This document shows positions 47,985 to 56,858 of a stretch of 64,000 nt of DNA, in pieces. Source of the stretch: a virus. Position 1 is the stretch's first letter. Each line of letters starts with the position of its first letter. The notes under the pieces are model-generated. The model searched no databases. It had not been told where the DNA came from and worked only from the letters and a program-made list of their open reading frames with translations. Position numbers and translations under genes: made by a program. The DNA lies in the IMG/VR virus record IMGVR_UViG_3300028844_005216, positions 1 to 64,000 of that record; one strand, written 5' to 3'.

Positions 47985-48389
47985 TCATATCTCCCTCAAC
48001 CTATCCACAACATCGGTACATGTGGGTATATCAGAACCGATGATATCTTTACCTTTTATATTTACAACAATGTCTGGCATAAAATTTAAATATGTCAAAA
48101 ACGTTTTTAATACAGAATAATCATCAGGTTCCATTTTGAAAAATAATATTCGAGTTGCAGCTTCAAACTCAAATACATTATAGAACATTATAATATGATT
48201 TAGAATCAGCCGCTCTTTCAATTCACCAGAACTCAAATACCGATTAATCAATCTTTTGATATACTTAGGTATTTTAACGTCGTCATGAAATTCCTCAAGG
48301 TCTACACACTGAGGATTATTATACGACATAATCATATAGGAATCAATAGTTTTTTCATTCAAAGAAGAAATATTCATAATAATTAGCAC
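47985..48389 (-). CDS. Conserved T4-like hypothetical protein
   Basis: Y.NPQC....EF.DD...KYIKRL..RY...GELKERLILNHII..YNVF, LKTFL.YLN.MP. Confidence 0.8.
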   Translation of the reverse strand: MLIIMNISSLNEKTIDSYMIMSYNNPQCVDLEEFHDDVKIPKYIKRLINRYLSSGELKERLILNHIIMFYNVFEFEAATRILFFKMEPDDYSVLKTFLTYLNFMPDIVVNIKGKDIIGSDIPTCTDVVDRLREI

Positions 48390-48392
48390 TAA

Positions 48393-49043
48393 TTACTTAA
48401 TTCGATAGTTGCTCCTATACTTTGGTTGATGCACCGGCTCTGTGTGACCAACCGCCTGATGCTGCGCGCTGCCATACTTATCTCCTCCACGAGAAGATGC
48501 CTTATTTTCCCCACCAGAAAATTTATCATTCGCAGTTGCATGGGAAAGATATCGGTTTGCTGCTTGTTCGGGAGTAAGTCCCTCAATGTACGCAACTCGC
48601 CGCTGCAACGGATCAAGATATGCGCTTGGCTCTTTTGATGAAACGAGCGAATCAAATTTATTCATCCAATCATTTCGGAAAGATTCTTCCTCTTTGTTTG
48701 AATAAGAAAATACCGAATCAAAAGAAGCCTCAAGATTCTCAAGCATCGCGGATCGTTCGTCTCGAAAATCTTCATTCACATCGGGATTGATGGTAATCTG
48801 CTCTTTTTTTCCAGAAAGATCTAATTTCTTCCCTCGTTTAGATGGCTTGCGAATAGCTTTACTGATAGCCTTTCGTCGATTTTTAAGATACTGATCAGAA
48901 GAATCTGTATCCCCATCGTTATCAATGTCACCATCTTCTTTTCCCACAGGGTCAAGACGTGTTCCATTAGATTTTTTTTCTTGCAGTACACCAGAAACCG
49001 CATCAGCAAGACTATCTGAAATTTGTTTATGCCAAGTAGACAT
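48393..49043 (-). CDS. Hypothetical virion protein with DxDxDG motif
   Basis: LDPVGKEDGDIDNDGDTDSSDQYLKNRRKAISKAI. Confidence 0.7.
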   Translation of the reverse strand: MSTWHKQISDSLADAVSGVLQEKKSNGTRLDPVGKEDGDIDNDGDTDSSDQYLKNRRKAISKAIRKPSKRGKKLDLSGKKEQITINPDVNEDFRDERSAMLENLEASFDSVFSYSNKEEESFRNDWMNKFDSLVSSKEPSAYLDPLQRRVAYIEGLTPEQAANRYLSHATANDKFSGGENKASSRGGDKYGSAQHQAVGHTEPVHQPKYRSNYRIK

Positions 49044-49111
49044 TTTGTATCTCCCTTAAACCCTAAAGTTATATTACTATTTAGTAATACATAAATCCCA
49101 TTAAAAAATAT

Positions 49112-50443
49112 TCAATCCTTATTGCCAAAAAGTTTCCATGCAGTTGCATAAAGAACCTTTTCTCCGTTCTTTTCACCATACTGCTTCTTAAACTTGGCTT
49201 TATTGGCTTTGATGAATCTCTCTGCACCTGCACTCGGAGGAGCGACTTCATGAAAATCAATAAGCGGCTCAATGTCTTCAACATCATCAGGCTGACCCGG
49301 AACCTCTTTACTGTAACGACTTGCCAGTTCCTTCGTTCCCCACTCAGCAGGAGTAGTATCCTGCACCAAATCTTTAAACTTCTTCATGCCATATCTCCTA
49401 TCAGACTTCTTTTGAAAACTCTCCCAAATATCAGAGTCTACGCTTCTTCTTGAATTACCACCAGAGACAAAGGAGTTGACCCGATCAAATGCATATTGAT
49501 GTGCTGTCTTATCTCCGTAAATTGGACTTGAGGCTAATCCCCTCAAAAATACCTCAAGCAAAGACTGATAAGCAATTCCACTCTTCTCTGATTTTTTAAC
49601 AAGAGCATCGCGATGATCTTCTTTCATTAAGAAATCATCATGCAGGAGAAGAAGCATTCTCCTGTAGAGCAAATCATCTGCCATAACATACTCAAGAACT
49701 TTATCTACAACAGCGATAATATGTTTTCGCAACTCTGGATTTGAACCGGACTTCTCAAGATCTTTGAATGTTCTCTTTGTGATTGGAAGGTCTTTCATCG
49801 GAACCAAACCAAAGCGAAGAAGTGTATTGAAACGCCTTCCCGTCACACTCTTATCACCTACAACGTGAGTGTCTTCAATTGATTCATAGATATGTTCCGT
49901 GATCTGCATTCCACGCCGGATAGCATCATAAAGTGCCTTGGGATTCTTCATCGGAGAACCCTTCTTGAACTCTTTATAATTACCATCAACTGCAAACTTC
50001 CGCATCTTGGATGCAGACATTCCGGTCACATCTTCGGCATCAGGATCTCTTTCTCCTGCCGAGATGATCTCAATTTTATCAAAATCATATTCTTTTCCAT
50101 TATACTGATTAAGCAGTCTCTTAAACTCTTGGGCTCTGTCGGAACCCACAACAAGAGACACCTCTTGATACTTCTTATCAAGAAATTTCATAACATCAAG
50201 AACGGTCTTGATACTCGGAGAAGCATTAATGTTATTTGAATGTGTAGGAAAGGACTGCTTGAGAAACTTGACCTTCGTGCGGAAGGTGAGTGGATTCTTC
50301 TTGGGGTCATTGGATTTAGATGCAAATATAGCATACTCCGCTTTTCGCGACTTTGCTTCTTTTGCAACGCGGTCCATGACGACCTTATGTCCTGTCGTGG
50401 GAGGATTAAATCTTCCCCACGCAAATACAATTTTTCTTTTCAT
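49112..50443 (-). CDS. HIGH-superfamily (cytidyltransferase-like) nucleotidyltransferase with C-terminal extra modules
   Basis: FAWGRFNPPTTGH, KNPL, VVGSDR, SAGERDPD, GMSASKMR (KMSKS-like); later KKSEKSGI...RG...QYAFDRVNSF and FKKQYG...VLYATAWK modules. Confidence 0.85.
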   Translation of the reverse strand: MKRKIVFAWGRFNPPTTGHKVVMDRVAKEAKSRKAEYAIFASKSNDPKKNPLTFRTKVKFLKQSFPTHSNNINASPSIKTVLDVMKFLDKKYQEVSLVVGSDRAQEFKRLLNQYNGKEYDFDKIEIISAGERDPDAEDVTGMSASKMRKFAVDGNYKEFKKGSPMKNPKALYDAIRRGMQITEHIYESIEDTHVVGDKSVTGRRFNTLLRFGLVPMKDLPITKRTFKDLEKSGSNPELRKHIIAVVDKVLEYVMADDLLYRRMLLLLHDDFLMKEDHRDALVKKSEKSGIAYQSLLEVFLRGLASSPIYGDKTAHQYAFDRVNSFVSGGNSRRSVDSDIWESFQKKSDRRYGMKKFKDLVQDTTPAEWGTKELASRYSKEVPGQPDDVEDIEPLIDFHEVAPPSAGAERFIKANKAKFKKQYGEKNGEKVLYATAWKLFGNKD

Positions 50444-50481
50444 AGCAGGTTTCCCTTAGCCTAACTGCTGTAACATACTAT

Positions 50482-50829
50482 TCAGCTTTTTGGAGCAGAT
50501 GACTTCATCTGCTTAAATCTTTCGGCTTCCTTCTTCTTGATCTTTGGCAGTATCTTGACTGCCAACTTATTGATCTTTGCCTTGTGCTTTTCTAGTCTCT
50601 TCTCGATTGAAATCAACATTTGCTTAGATTCAATCTCACCCTTAGTTTTTCCAGAAGTCAGCTTCTTGAATAGAATTTCTCTCGCTGCCTTTTGGGCTCG
50701 TCTCTTTAGTGATTTGGCATCAGCAAACTTAGAAAGTTTTCGCTTGCGAGCGCGTGCAATAAGGTTAGCTTTTCGCTTCATCATCTGCCCTTGCTTTCGG
50801 CGTCTTTGCATTGACCAAACTTCGTTCAT
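50482..50829 (-). CDS. Highly basic hypothetical protein (putative head internal protein)
   Basis: SD GGAG before MNE-VWSMQRRRK; very Lys/Arg-rich. Confidence 0.7.
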   Translation of the reverse strand: MNEVWSMQRRRKQGQMMKRKANLIARARKRKLSKFADAKSLKRRAQKAAREILFKKLTSGKTKGEIESKQMLISIEKRLEKHKAKINKLAVKILPKIKKKEAERFKQMKSSAPKS

Positions 50830-50852
50830 TTTATTCTCCAAATATATTATAT

Positions 50853-52097
50853 TTAGGAATCCCAGTTTTTGATAGCAGTGAAATTCTGATGTGAAAACTC
50901 AAGACGATCAACTAATTTGATTGTCTTTCCGTCACGATCCACTGCAACAAAACCCTCGTCTCCTGTGACTCGGTATCCTGTATTGGTCTTAACAAAGGTT
51001 CTATACTGATTTGCACCACTTCCGAGCTTTTCCACAATCACATTCTTTGCATTGACCACATGTGTCTGATACTCTGCAAACGCAATCAACGTAGGTTTAA
51101 CTTTTCGATATACTTTGAGATGCTCTTGCTTTGTTCGTTCTTTGATATCCTTTGTCTTTTGCATTTTCAGACCAGCAATATGAGTATCCCACCACTGAGT
51201 AAAATAATTATAATACTCAACGGCATGTTTGCGAGGATTAGTAATTGCCTCTCCTGCACGAACCTTCGTGTTGCAATAGGTCTTATAGGAAGACCCCACC
51301 GCAGCCGAAGGAATCTTATTCTGCATATCAATAAACAAATCTAAATCTTTTGACTTAACCTTTCGGAATGCCTTACCAGCCCGCGAAAGATGGCGATTAA
51401 GTTCTTTGATTTCCTTGGGGGTGAATAACACATTACCCGAAAGATCGTGATAGTAGGCGTCGTCATACCACACACTCTTTGGTTTTTTCATGCCCGCAAT
51501 GTTTACACCAATAGATGCAGACATATCAGGAAGAGTATCACCAGTATATGTTGTGTGCCACACGACACCAATCTTTGCTGCTTTAATTTGCTTGGCAAGT
51601 GCTGATGTCGTATCTACTGCATAGACGATTGTATTGGGTTGAAATGTAACGTAATCAATTCCATCAATCGTTTCATCAGAAAGGTCACTCTTGGTGAACA
51701 TCATGTCACCCTGAATGACTCCATTGATTCCCAGCTTGGGCAGTTCCTTGAGCGCAATCTTTAACTTATCTGCAAGACCACCAGAATAACCATACTTCTT
51801 TAGATCGGCATTCGACTTGACCAGCTTGGCATTCTTGGCAAACACACCTTTGGTTCCAACAAAAAACTTCCCATCTTCTGGATCGGTTCCTGCAAAGACA
51901 GCAGGGGCTCCATCCCACTTCACATGTAGATCAACCTTCTTCGTAGACTTGCCGGAAAGCATGTCCCGAATAGAACGAAGGAAGTTGATACCAGAGCGCA
52001 TACCATCAATACCATAAAAGAATACAAGATCCTCAAGATGTTCAAGGTGCAAGTTCTTGGTTGCGTCTTCTGTCAAAAATTGATTAAATGATTGCAT
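50853..52097 (-). CDS. Ligase-like covalent nucleotidyltransferase (KxDG superfamily)
   Basis: VKWDG (motif I), IQGDMMF (III), DEGFVAV (IV), IKLVDR (V); N-terminus MQSFNQFLTE. Confidence 0.7.
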   Translation of the reverse strand: MQSFNQFLTEDATKNLHLEHLEDLVFFYGIDGMRSGINFLRSIRDMLSGKSTKKVDLHVKWDGAPAVFAGTDPEDGKFFVGTKGVFAKNAKLVKSNADLKKYGYSGGLADKLKIALKELPKLGINGVIQGDMMFTKSDLSDETIDGIDYVTFQPNTIVYAVDTTSALAKQIKAAKIGVVWHTTYTGDTLPDMSASIGVNIAGMKKPKSVWYDDAYYHDLSGNVLFTPKEIKELNRHLSRAGKAFRKVKSKDLDLFIDMQNKIPSAAVGSSYKTYCNTKVRAGEAITNPRKHAVEYYNYFTQWWDTHIAGLKMQKTKDIKERTKQEHLKVYRKVKPTLIAFAEYQTHVVNAKNVIVEKLGSGANQYRTFVKTNTGYRVTGDEGFVAVDRDGKTIKLVDRLEFSHQNFTAIKNWDS

Positions 52098-53446
52098 TAT
52101 GCATACTCCGCAATTAGATCACCCATAAATTTCCCCTTTTCTATCAAATTACGATAGTAACCGCCACCAACAGATTCTCTTTTTACCCTCACTATAAGCA
52201 GTTGTGCGCGAGAAGTTTTTTCCACGATAATTACACTCGGAAGAGGTTCACCAGTGGTTTTATTTATTCCCTTAACATAATCAACATCAAAATCATACTC
52301 AGCTAAAACATTATTCAAACCACGAAAATTATATATTTTCGCTTCACCTTTAGCCAATTGTACAAGAGTTACATGTTCTTCGCCGAGAGTAGCAAAATCA
52401 TCTATGGCGTCTCCCAGATTCTTAAACACATCAGCTCTTTGTCGTTTAGTTCTCATTCGACTTGTTAACTCACTCGCAACGTGATCATATATGTAATTAA
52501 TTGCACCAGAAGTGTCTTTTTCTTTATGCAGCTTTCTATTATACACATTCTTCTTTGATTTAATATTAATACCAAACAACTTATCAAAAAGTTCTACATA
52601 ACCATCAACCATTTTGCCTTGTGCATTTTTTTGGCGGTCAAAATTAACACCACCCTTTTGACCAAACTGTTTAACGTCATCAACCTTTAAGGACACCTTA
52701 ATATCAACGTCCTGCGGTTTACCTTTATCATCTGTAATAGTAACAAAAGTATCAACCTTGGTGGTGGTCTGTCCCATTCCGGGCAAACTACCAACACCAT
52801 CTGATATTATTTCTATTTGGTCATATCTTCTATTTTCATATATGATCTTTGCCCATTTTTTTACATTTATATTATTTGCATATGCTACCGAAGATTGTGC
52901 ATAACCATTTAGTGCTGCTTTGCTTTTTTTATCAATCAAAAAATTTAAATTAGCCTTTGCCAAAGATATGTATAACTTTACATCATCCTTTAATGAAATA
53001 CCTTCATTATCGGCTTTTACATTTTTCTCAACTTTGGCACCACCTTTTACTGTTTCGGTTTTTCTTATACCATTCAAAACTTTAAATACATCAGTCACCT
53101 TAACATCTGTATTTCTATTTGTGAATCGACAAAAAATCGCAGCAGCAAACACACCCTCGGCAGTGTCCCCCATATTTGCAGTAACTTTTGGTTTGCGTAT
53201 TTGACCGAATGTATATACCTTTCCATCATCACCCAAAAAGGTCAAATTCACGGCTTCTCTATTTTGTCCAGAATTTACTAATTTCAAAAACTTATCTAAT
53301 GCTTTTTTGTCTTTTGATCCAACCATCTTCGTGGAACTAACCTTAAATTTTCCAGCAGCAAACATATCTGCAACAGATGGTGCATATTTTTCGATCTTTA
53401 ATCCAGTAGTACCAGATAGTGGTTGAGTTGATTGAGTAATTTCCAC
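52097..53446 (-). CDS. Hypothetical protein, possible PD-(D/E)XK nuclease
   Basis: NMGDTAEG helix, KVD, VSLK resemble a restriction-endonuclease-like catalytic arrangement. Confidence 0.5.
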   Translation of the reverse strand: MEITQSTQPLSGTTGLKIEKYAPSVADMFAAGKFKVSSTKMVGSKDKKALDKFLKLVNSGQNREAVNLTFLGDDGKVYTFGQIRKPKVTANMGDTAEGVFAAAIFCRFTNRNTDVKVTDVFKVLNGIRKTETVKGGAKVEKNVKADNEGISLKDDVKLYISLAKANLNFLIDKKSKAALNGYAQSSVAYANNINVKKWAKIIYENRRYDQIEIISDGVGSLPGMGQTTTKVDTFVTITDDKGKPQDVDIKVSLKVDDVKQFGQKGGVNFDRQKNAQGKMVDGYVELFDKLFGINIKSKKNVYNRKLHKEKDTSGAINYIYDHVASELTSRMRTKRQRADVFKNLGDAIDDFATLGEEHVTLVQLAKGEAKIYNFRGLNNVLAEYDFDVDYVKGINKTTGEPLPSVIIVEKTSRAQLLIVRVKRESVGGGYYRNLIEKGKFMGDLIAEYA

Positions 53447-53474
53447 AGATAATCCCCTTAAAACAATACAATAT

Positions 53475-53482
53475 TATTTATA
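53475..53482 (-). promoter_or_regulatory. T4-type late promoter TATAAATA
   Basis: Exact TATAAATA on the minus strand, 28 nt upstream of the GTG at 53446. Confidence 0.75.
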
Positions 53483-53627
53483 AGAGGCAAGGGTTTCCTG
53501 CGCCATCCTGATCTGCAAGCGTCTCCAGTATCTTTTCTTTTTCCATAACAAAATACAAAAACCCAGAATTTGGGTCATATAACCTAAACTCTGGGTTAAT
53601 GTAAACACTTCCCAAACAATTAGGCAT
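53478..53627 (-). CDS. Hypothetical protein (49 aa)
   Basis: Translated by hand: MPNCLGSVYINPEFRLYDPNSGFLYFVMEKEKILETLADQDGAGNPCLL*. Confidence 0.45.
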   Translation of the reverse strand: MPNCLGSVYINPEFRLYDPNSGFLYFVMEKEKILETLADQDGAGNPCLL

Positions 53628-53799
53628 CAGGGTCGTTCGACGCCCGACCTAAATTGCCACCAAGCATGTTGATCAGATTTAAAATAAAATCAACCGCTTT
53701 GTTATCACTCTCGTTCGGCGTCAACGTCGCAACAACCGCAGCAACTCCAACAATATGAACGAGAATATCCACAATACTAACCATAAATTCCGTAGTCAT
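53620..53799 (-). CDS. Putative holin (59 aa)
   Basis: Translated by hand: MTTEFMVSIVDILVHIVGVAAVVATLTPNESDNKAVDFILNLINMLGGNLGRASNDPDA*. TM-LTPxxxD-amphipathic helix; SD AAGGAG. Confidence 0.6.
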   Translation of the reverse strand: MTTEFMVSIVDILVHIVGVAAVVATLTPNESDNKAVDFILNLINMLGGNLGRASNDPDA

Positions 53800-53842
53800 A
53801 ATTCATTCTCCTTTTTATGTTTATCACAACTGACATATGTAT

Positions 53843-55240
53843 TTAGTCCACAATGAAATCCGAAAACTTGCTCACACCCTTGGGGGCAGTTGAGTTATTC
53901 TTATTAGAAGACAAGCTGCTATCCTGCATAAGATCACTCTGAGCATCATCTTCACAATCAAACAATCGCATTTTATTACGATCAACTCCAATCACAAACC
54001 TGCGTTTAGAAGTCATATCAGAATACCGATTTTTTAATTGCTTAATCATAATCTGGTTCATCTCATCCAATTCATCTGTACGAATCAACGCCAGAAAAAG
54101 ATCAGCCGTCGCAGGAAGTCCAAAACTCTCTGCAACATCTTCCATCGAAACATCACTACTAGATGATCCAGAACGATTAATCTGAGTCGCAGTAACAATG
54201 GGAACAGCGAGTTCAACAGCCAGTCCACGAAGCTCTTCTGCGATACTTTTAATTTTCTCATAACTATTTACGTTTGCTCCTCTGTAAACCATCGACTGAC
54301 AAAGATTGATGTAGTCAATGAAAACAAGATCAGGAACAAAATTTTTCTTCATGGCAAGTTCTTTTGCAAGATGCCGAAAATGACCTGCTCCAGCTTGAAC
54401 TGTTGGATATTCCTTTACAATAAGTTTGCCCGTAGTCTTTTGTCGCAGATCACTGATCTTGTTGTCATAAATTGATTTGGCAAGACCCTTTAAGTCTGAC
54501 ATCGAAACATTCATCAGGTTCGCATCTATTCTTTCAGAGATTTTTTCTTCTGCCATTTCAAGAGTAATGTACAAAACATTGTATCCACTGGACATTGCAC
54601 TTGCAGCCATATGACACATTGCCAAAGTTTTACCAGCACCCGGAGATGCCATCAAAACGTTTAACGTCTTTTTAATCAACCCGCCTTCAGTAATCTCGTT
54701 AAAAAGAGAAATATCAAAGGGAATGTGTTCTTCCTTTCTGTTATAAAAGGCAAATCGTTCAGCAGAATCCTCAATGTAGTCATGACCAATATGAGAGTCA
54801 AACGAAACGGAAAGAGCCTCTGTCAAAAGAGTTGGAATAGCACCTTTGTCCTTTTTAGTATTTCCATCAAGAATCTGAATAGACTCCATGATTGAATTAT
54901 AGATTGCCTTGTCTTGACAAAACTTTTCGGTCGTATCAATCAACCACTGCTCTTCGTTATTAGGATCAGACTTCTCAATCTCATCAATAGTTTCAATAAC
55001 AGATTCATAATCTTGCCCGTTTCCGCCTCCGACATTGGCGTCGTCGATCTCTACACGCAAAGATTCTACGGAAGGATTGGTATTATACTTGTTGACATAC
55101 TTAACAATAGCATCGAAAATAATCCGATCCGCATTATCATGAAAATACTCACTCTTCAGAAACGGAACTGCGCTTTTCATGAAGGACTGGTCCTTCATGA
55201 GACTCGTCAGTATTATCAATTCCGTCTTCCGTGTTGCCAT
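53843..55240 (-). CDS. gp41: Replicative helicase gp41
   Basis: TEKFCQDKAIYN, GHDY, A.PGAGKT, YITLEMAEE.I..RIDAN, KEYPT, IDY, AEELRGLA, ATQ.NR, ESFGLPATAD, KQLKNRY. Confidence 0.97.
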   Translation of the reverse strand: MATRKTELIILTSLMKDQSFMKSAVPFLKSEYFHDNADRIIFDAIVKYVNKYNTNPSVESLRVEIDDANVGGGNGQDYESVIETIDEIEKSDPNNEEQWLIDTTEKFCQDKAIYNSIMESIQILDGNTKKDKGAIPTLLTEALSVSFDSHIGHDYIEDSAERFAFYNRKEEHIPFDISLFNEITEGGLIKKTLNVLMASPGAGKTLAMCHMAASAMSSGYNVLYITLEMAEEKISERIDANLMNVSMSDLKGLAKSIYDNKISDLRQKTTGKLIVKEYPTVQAGAGHFRHLAKELAMKKNFVPDLVFIDYINLCQSMVYRGANVNSYEKIKSIAEELRGLAVELAVPIVTATQINRSGSSSSDVSMEDVAESFGLPATADLFLALIRTDELDEMNQIMIKQLKNRYSDMTSKRRFVIGVDRNKMRLFDCEDDAQSDLMQDSSLSSNKNNSTAPKGVSKFSDFIVD

Positions 55241-55565
55241 GTCGATTTCTCACTTCCTTATCCGCTTCGTCTTGGACCATATCTACCAAAACATTTAAGA
55301 GCAATTGATCAAAACTATCCTTCATATCTTCGGGGTAGTCCACATCTCGAATTTCCTCTGGGATATGAAGAACCTCAAACTGATACTCCACCTTCAAATT
55401 CTCATCAAGCTCACTGGGCTTACCAAAGCGAAAATCGCCATACTTATACACCAATCCCGAAAATGGACCCGTTGTCAATTCAACCGCACCCTCACTATTA
55501 TTTTCTGGATTGGAAACTAAACGATAGTAGTCCTTAATATTATTTTCACTCGTCTCCCACATCAC
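55149..55565 (-). CDS. Hypothetical protein at the gp40 position
   Basis: VEL..GPF.G.VY.YG...F, F...L..VL; lies between uvsX and gp41. Confidence 0.65.
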   Translation of the reverse strand: MMWETSENNIKDYYRLVSNPENNSEGAVELTTGPFSGLVYKYGDFRFGKPSELDENLKVEYQFEVLHIPEEIRDVDYPEDMKDSFDQLLLNVLVDMVQDEADKEVRNRHGNTEDGIDNTDESHEGPVLHEKRSSVSEE

Positions 55566-56601
55566 TCACCTCCTCAATATCTTCACTCATTGTAGCCTGC
55601 GTGGTTCCATATTTAAACTCGACCCCACATGCCTTATCAATCTTATCTAAAATATCTTTTGTAAAAATCTTCTCTGCGTTTTTTATAATGTGGCTTGCAT
55701 AGTGTTTGTTTCCATCCGGCAACTCAATCTTATTAGAAACCTTCTTGAAAATTTCATGAGCCACAGCAAGTTCAATTAAACCATAATACCTATCCAGTCC
55801 TGTATCATAACGAAGAAGAACATCAACCATCTTGTTCTCTACCGTTAAACGAGACTTGTAGTTTCTACAATGAATAACATTACCAACAACATCTGTCCCA
55901 ACCTTTTCCTTTCGCTTAGTAAGAAATATAATATTATCAGCAGAATACTTCAAGCCACTACCACCAGCAAGTTCCTTTGTTGGATACAGACTCCCGATGC
56001 TGTCGTATGTATGATTAGTGACAACCATTGGGATTCCCAGCTTACCTAACTGAATCGTCAACACACGAAACGCACCCTTAATCATAGGAGCGCGAGTCAT
56101 GTCTCTCTTTTCAGAACCAGACTCAACATCAGCAACTTCCTTGCTTGTTGACAACTGACCCAGACTATCCAAGCAAAATAGAAGAGGGTGACGACTACTT
56201 TCGGGTGTCTCCTGAACTCTCTTCAGAATATTCATTGCCTGTGTACGAAACTCTTCAACAGTAGACACCGGAAGCATTGTTACTCGCTGGCTATCAATGC
56301 CACGTTCATCAAACATATCATGCGTAATGGCAGATTCACTTTCAAAGAAAATAACTCCACCGTCTTTGTGATCATTAAGAAATTGGCGAATCATTCCCAT
56401 CAAAAAGAATGTCTTGCCCGTTGCAGACTCACCAGCAAGGGCAGTAATCTTATTCCCCGGAAGACCTTTGTAAATCGAACCCGAAATAAGACCATTCAAA
56501 ATATAAGAACCCGTATCAGTATATGATGTTACATCTGCATACTGATCAACAAAGGGATTCACCTTACTCAAATCACCAAGAAAATCAAATGTTCCGCTCA
56601 T
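55546..56601 (-). CDS. uvsX: RecA-like recombinase UvsX
   Basis: DTGSY.LN..ISG, AGESATGKT, LDSLG.L, DMTRA, TNHTY, GGSG..Y. Confidence 0.96.
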   Translation of the reverse strand: MSGTFDFLGDLSKVNPFVDQYADVTSYTDTGSYILNGLISGSIYKGLPGNKITALAGESATGKTFFLMGMIRQFLNDHKDGGVIFFESESAITHDMFDERGIDSQRVTMLPVSTVEEFRTQAMNILKRVQETPESSRHPLLFCLDSLGQLSTSKEVADVESGSEKRDMTRAPMIKGAFRVLTIQLGKLGIPMVVTNHTYDSIGSLYPTKELAGGSGLKYSADNIIFLTKRKEKVGTDVVGNVIHCRNYKSRLTVENKMVDVLLRYDTGLDRYYGLIELAVAHEIFKKVSNKIELPDGNKHYASHIIKNAEKIFTKDILDKIDKACGVEFKYGTTQATMSEDIEEVSDVGDE

Positions 56602-56858
56602 AATCCACCTTCTCCAAAACCACCTTGTTCATTTTCAAAGTGTTCAATAAGATCTTCATAACCACCAATCAAAACAGAGTCCCTAAAAATTTTAGGGACG
56701 GTTAACTTTGCATTATGTTGTTCAGTTATATGTTGAAATTCTTCTTTAGAAAGATCCTCTGGGATATTTCTCTCATTGTATGAGAGATTCCTCTTTTTGA
56801 ATTCCTTCTTTGCCAGAACACACCACTTACAATTATCTTTCGTAATAATTGTGTACAT
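56598..56858 (-). CDS. Glutaredoxin
   Basis: CKWC, TVPKIF, IGGYEDL. Confidence 0.93.
   Translation of the reverse strand: MYTIITKDNCKWCVLAKKEFKKRNLSYNERNIPEDLSKEEFQHITEQHNAKLTVPKIFRDSVLIGGYEDLIEHFENEQGGFGEGGL

Noticed and set aside
48389-48655. 88-aa minus-strand ORF nested in 48393-49043
   Set aside because: Alternate-frame overlap without an SD or recognisable motifs.
53625-53655. tRNA suggested by GTTCGA
   Set aside because: No cloverleaf; the sequence lies inside the holin-like ORF on the opposite strand.
54914-55537. 207-aa plus-strand ORF
   Set aside because: Antisense to gp41 and its upstream gene.
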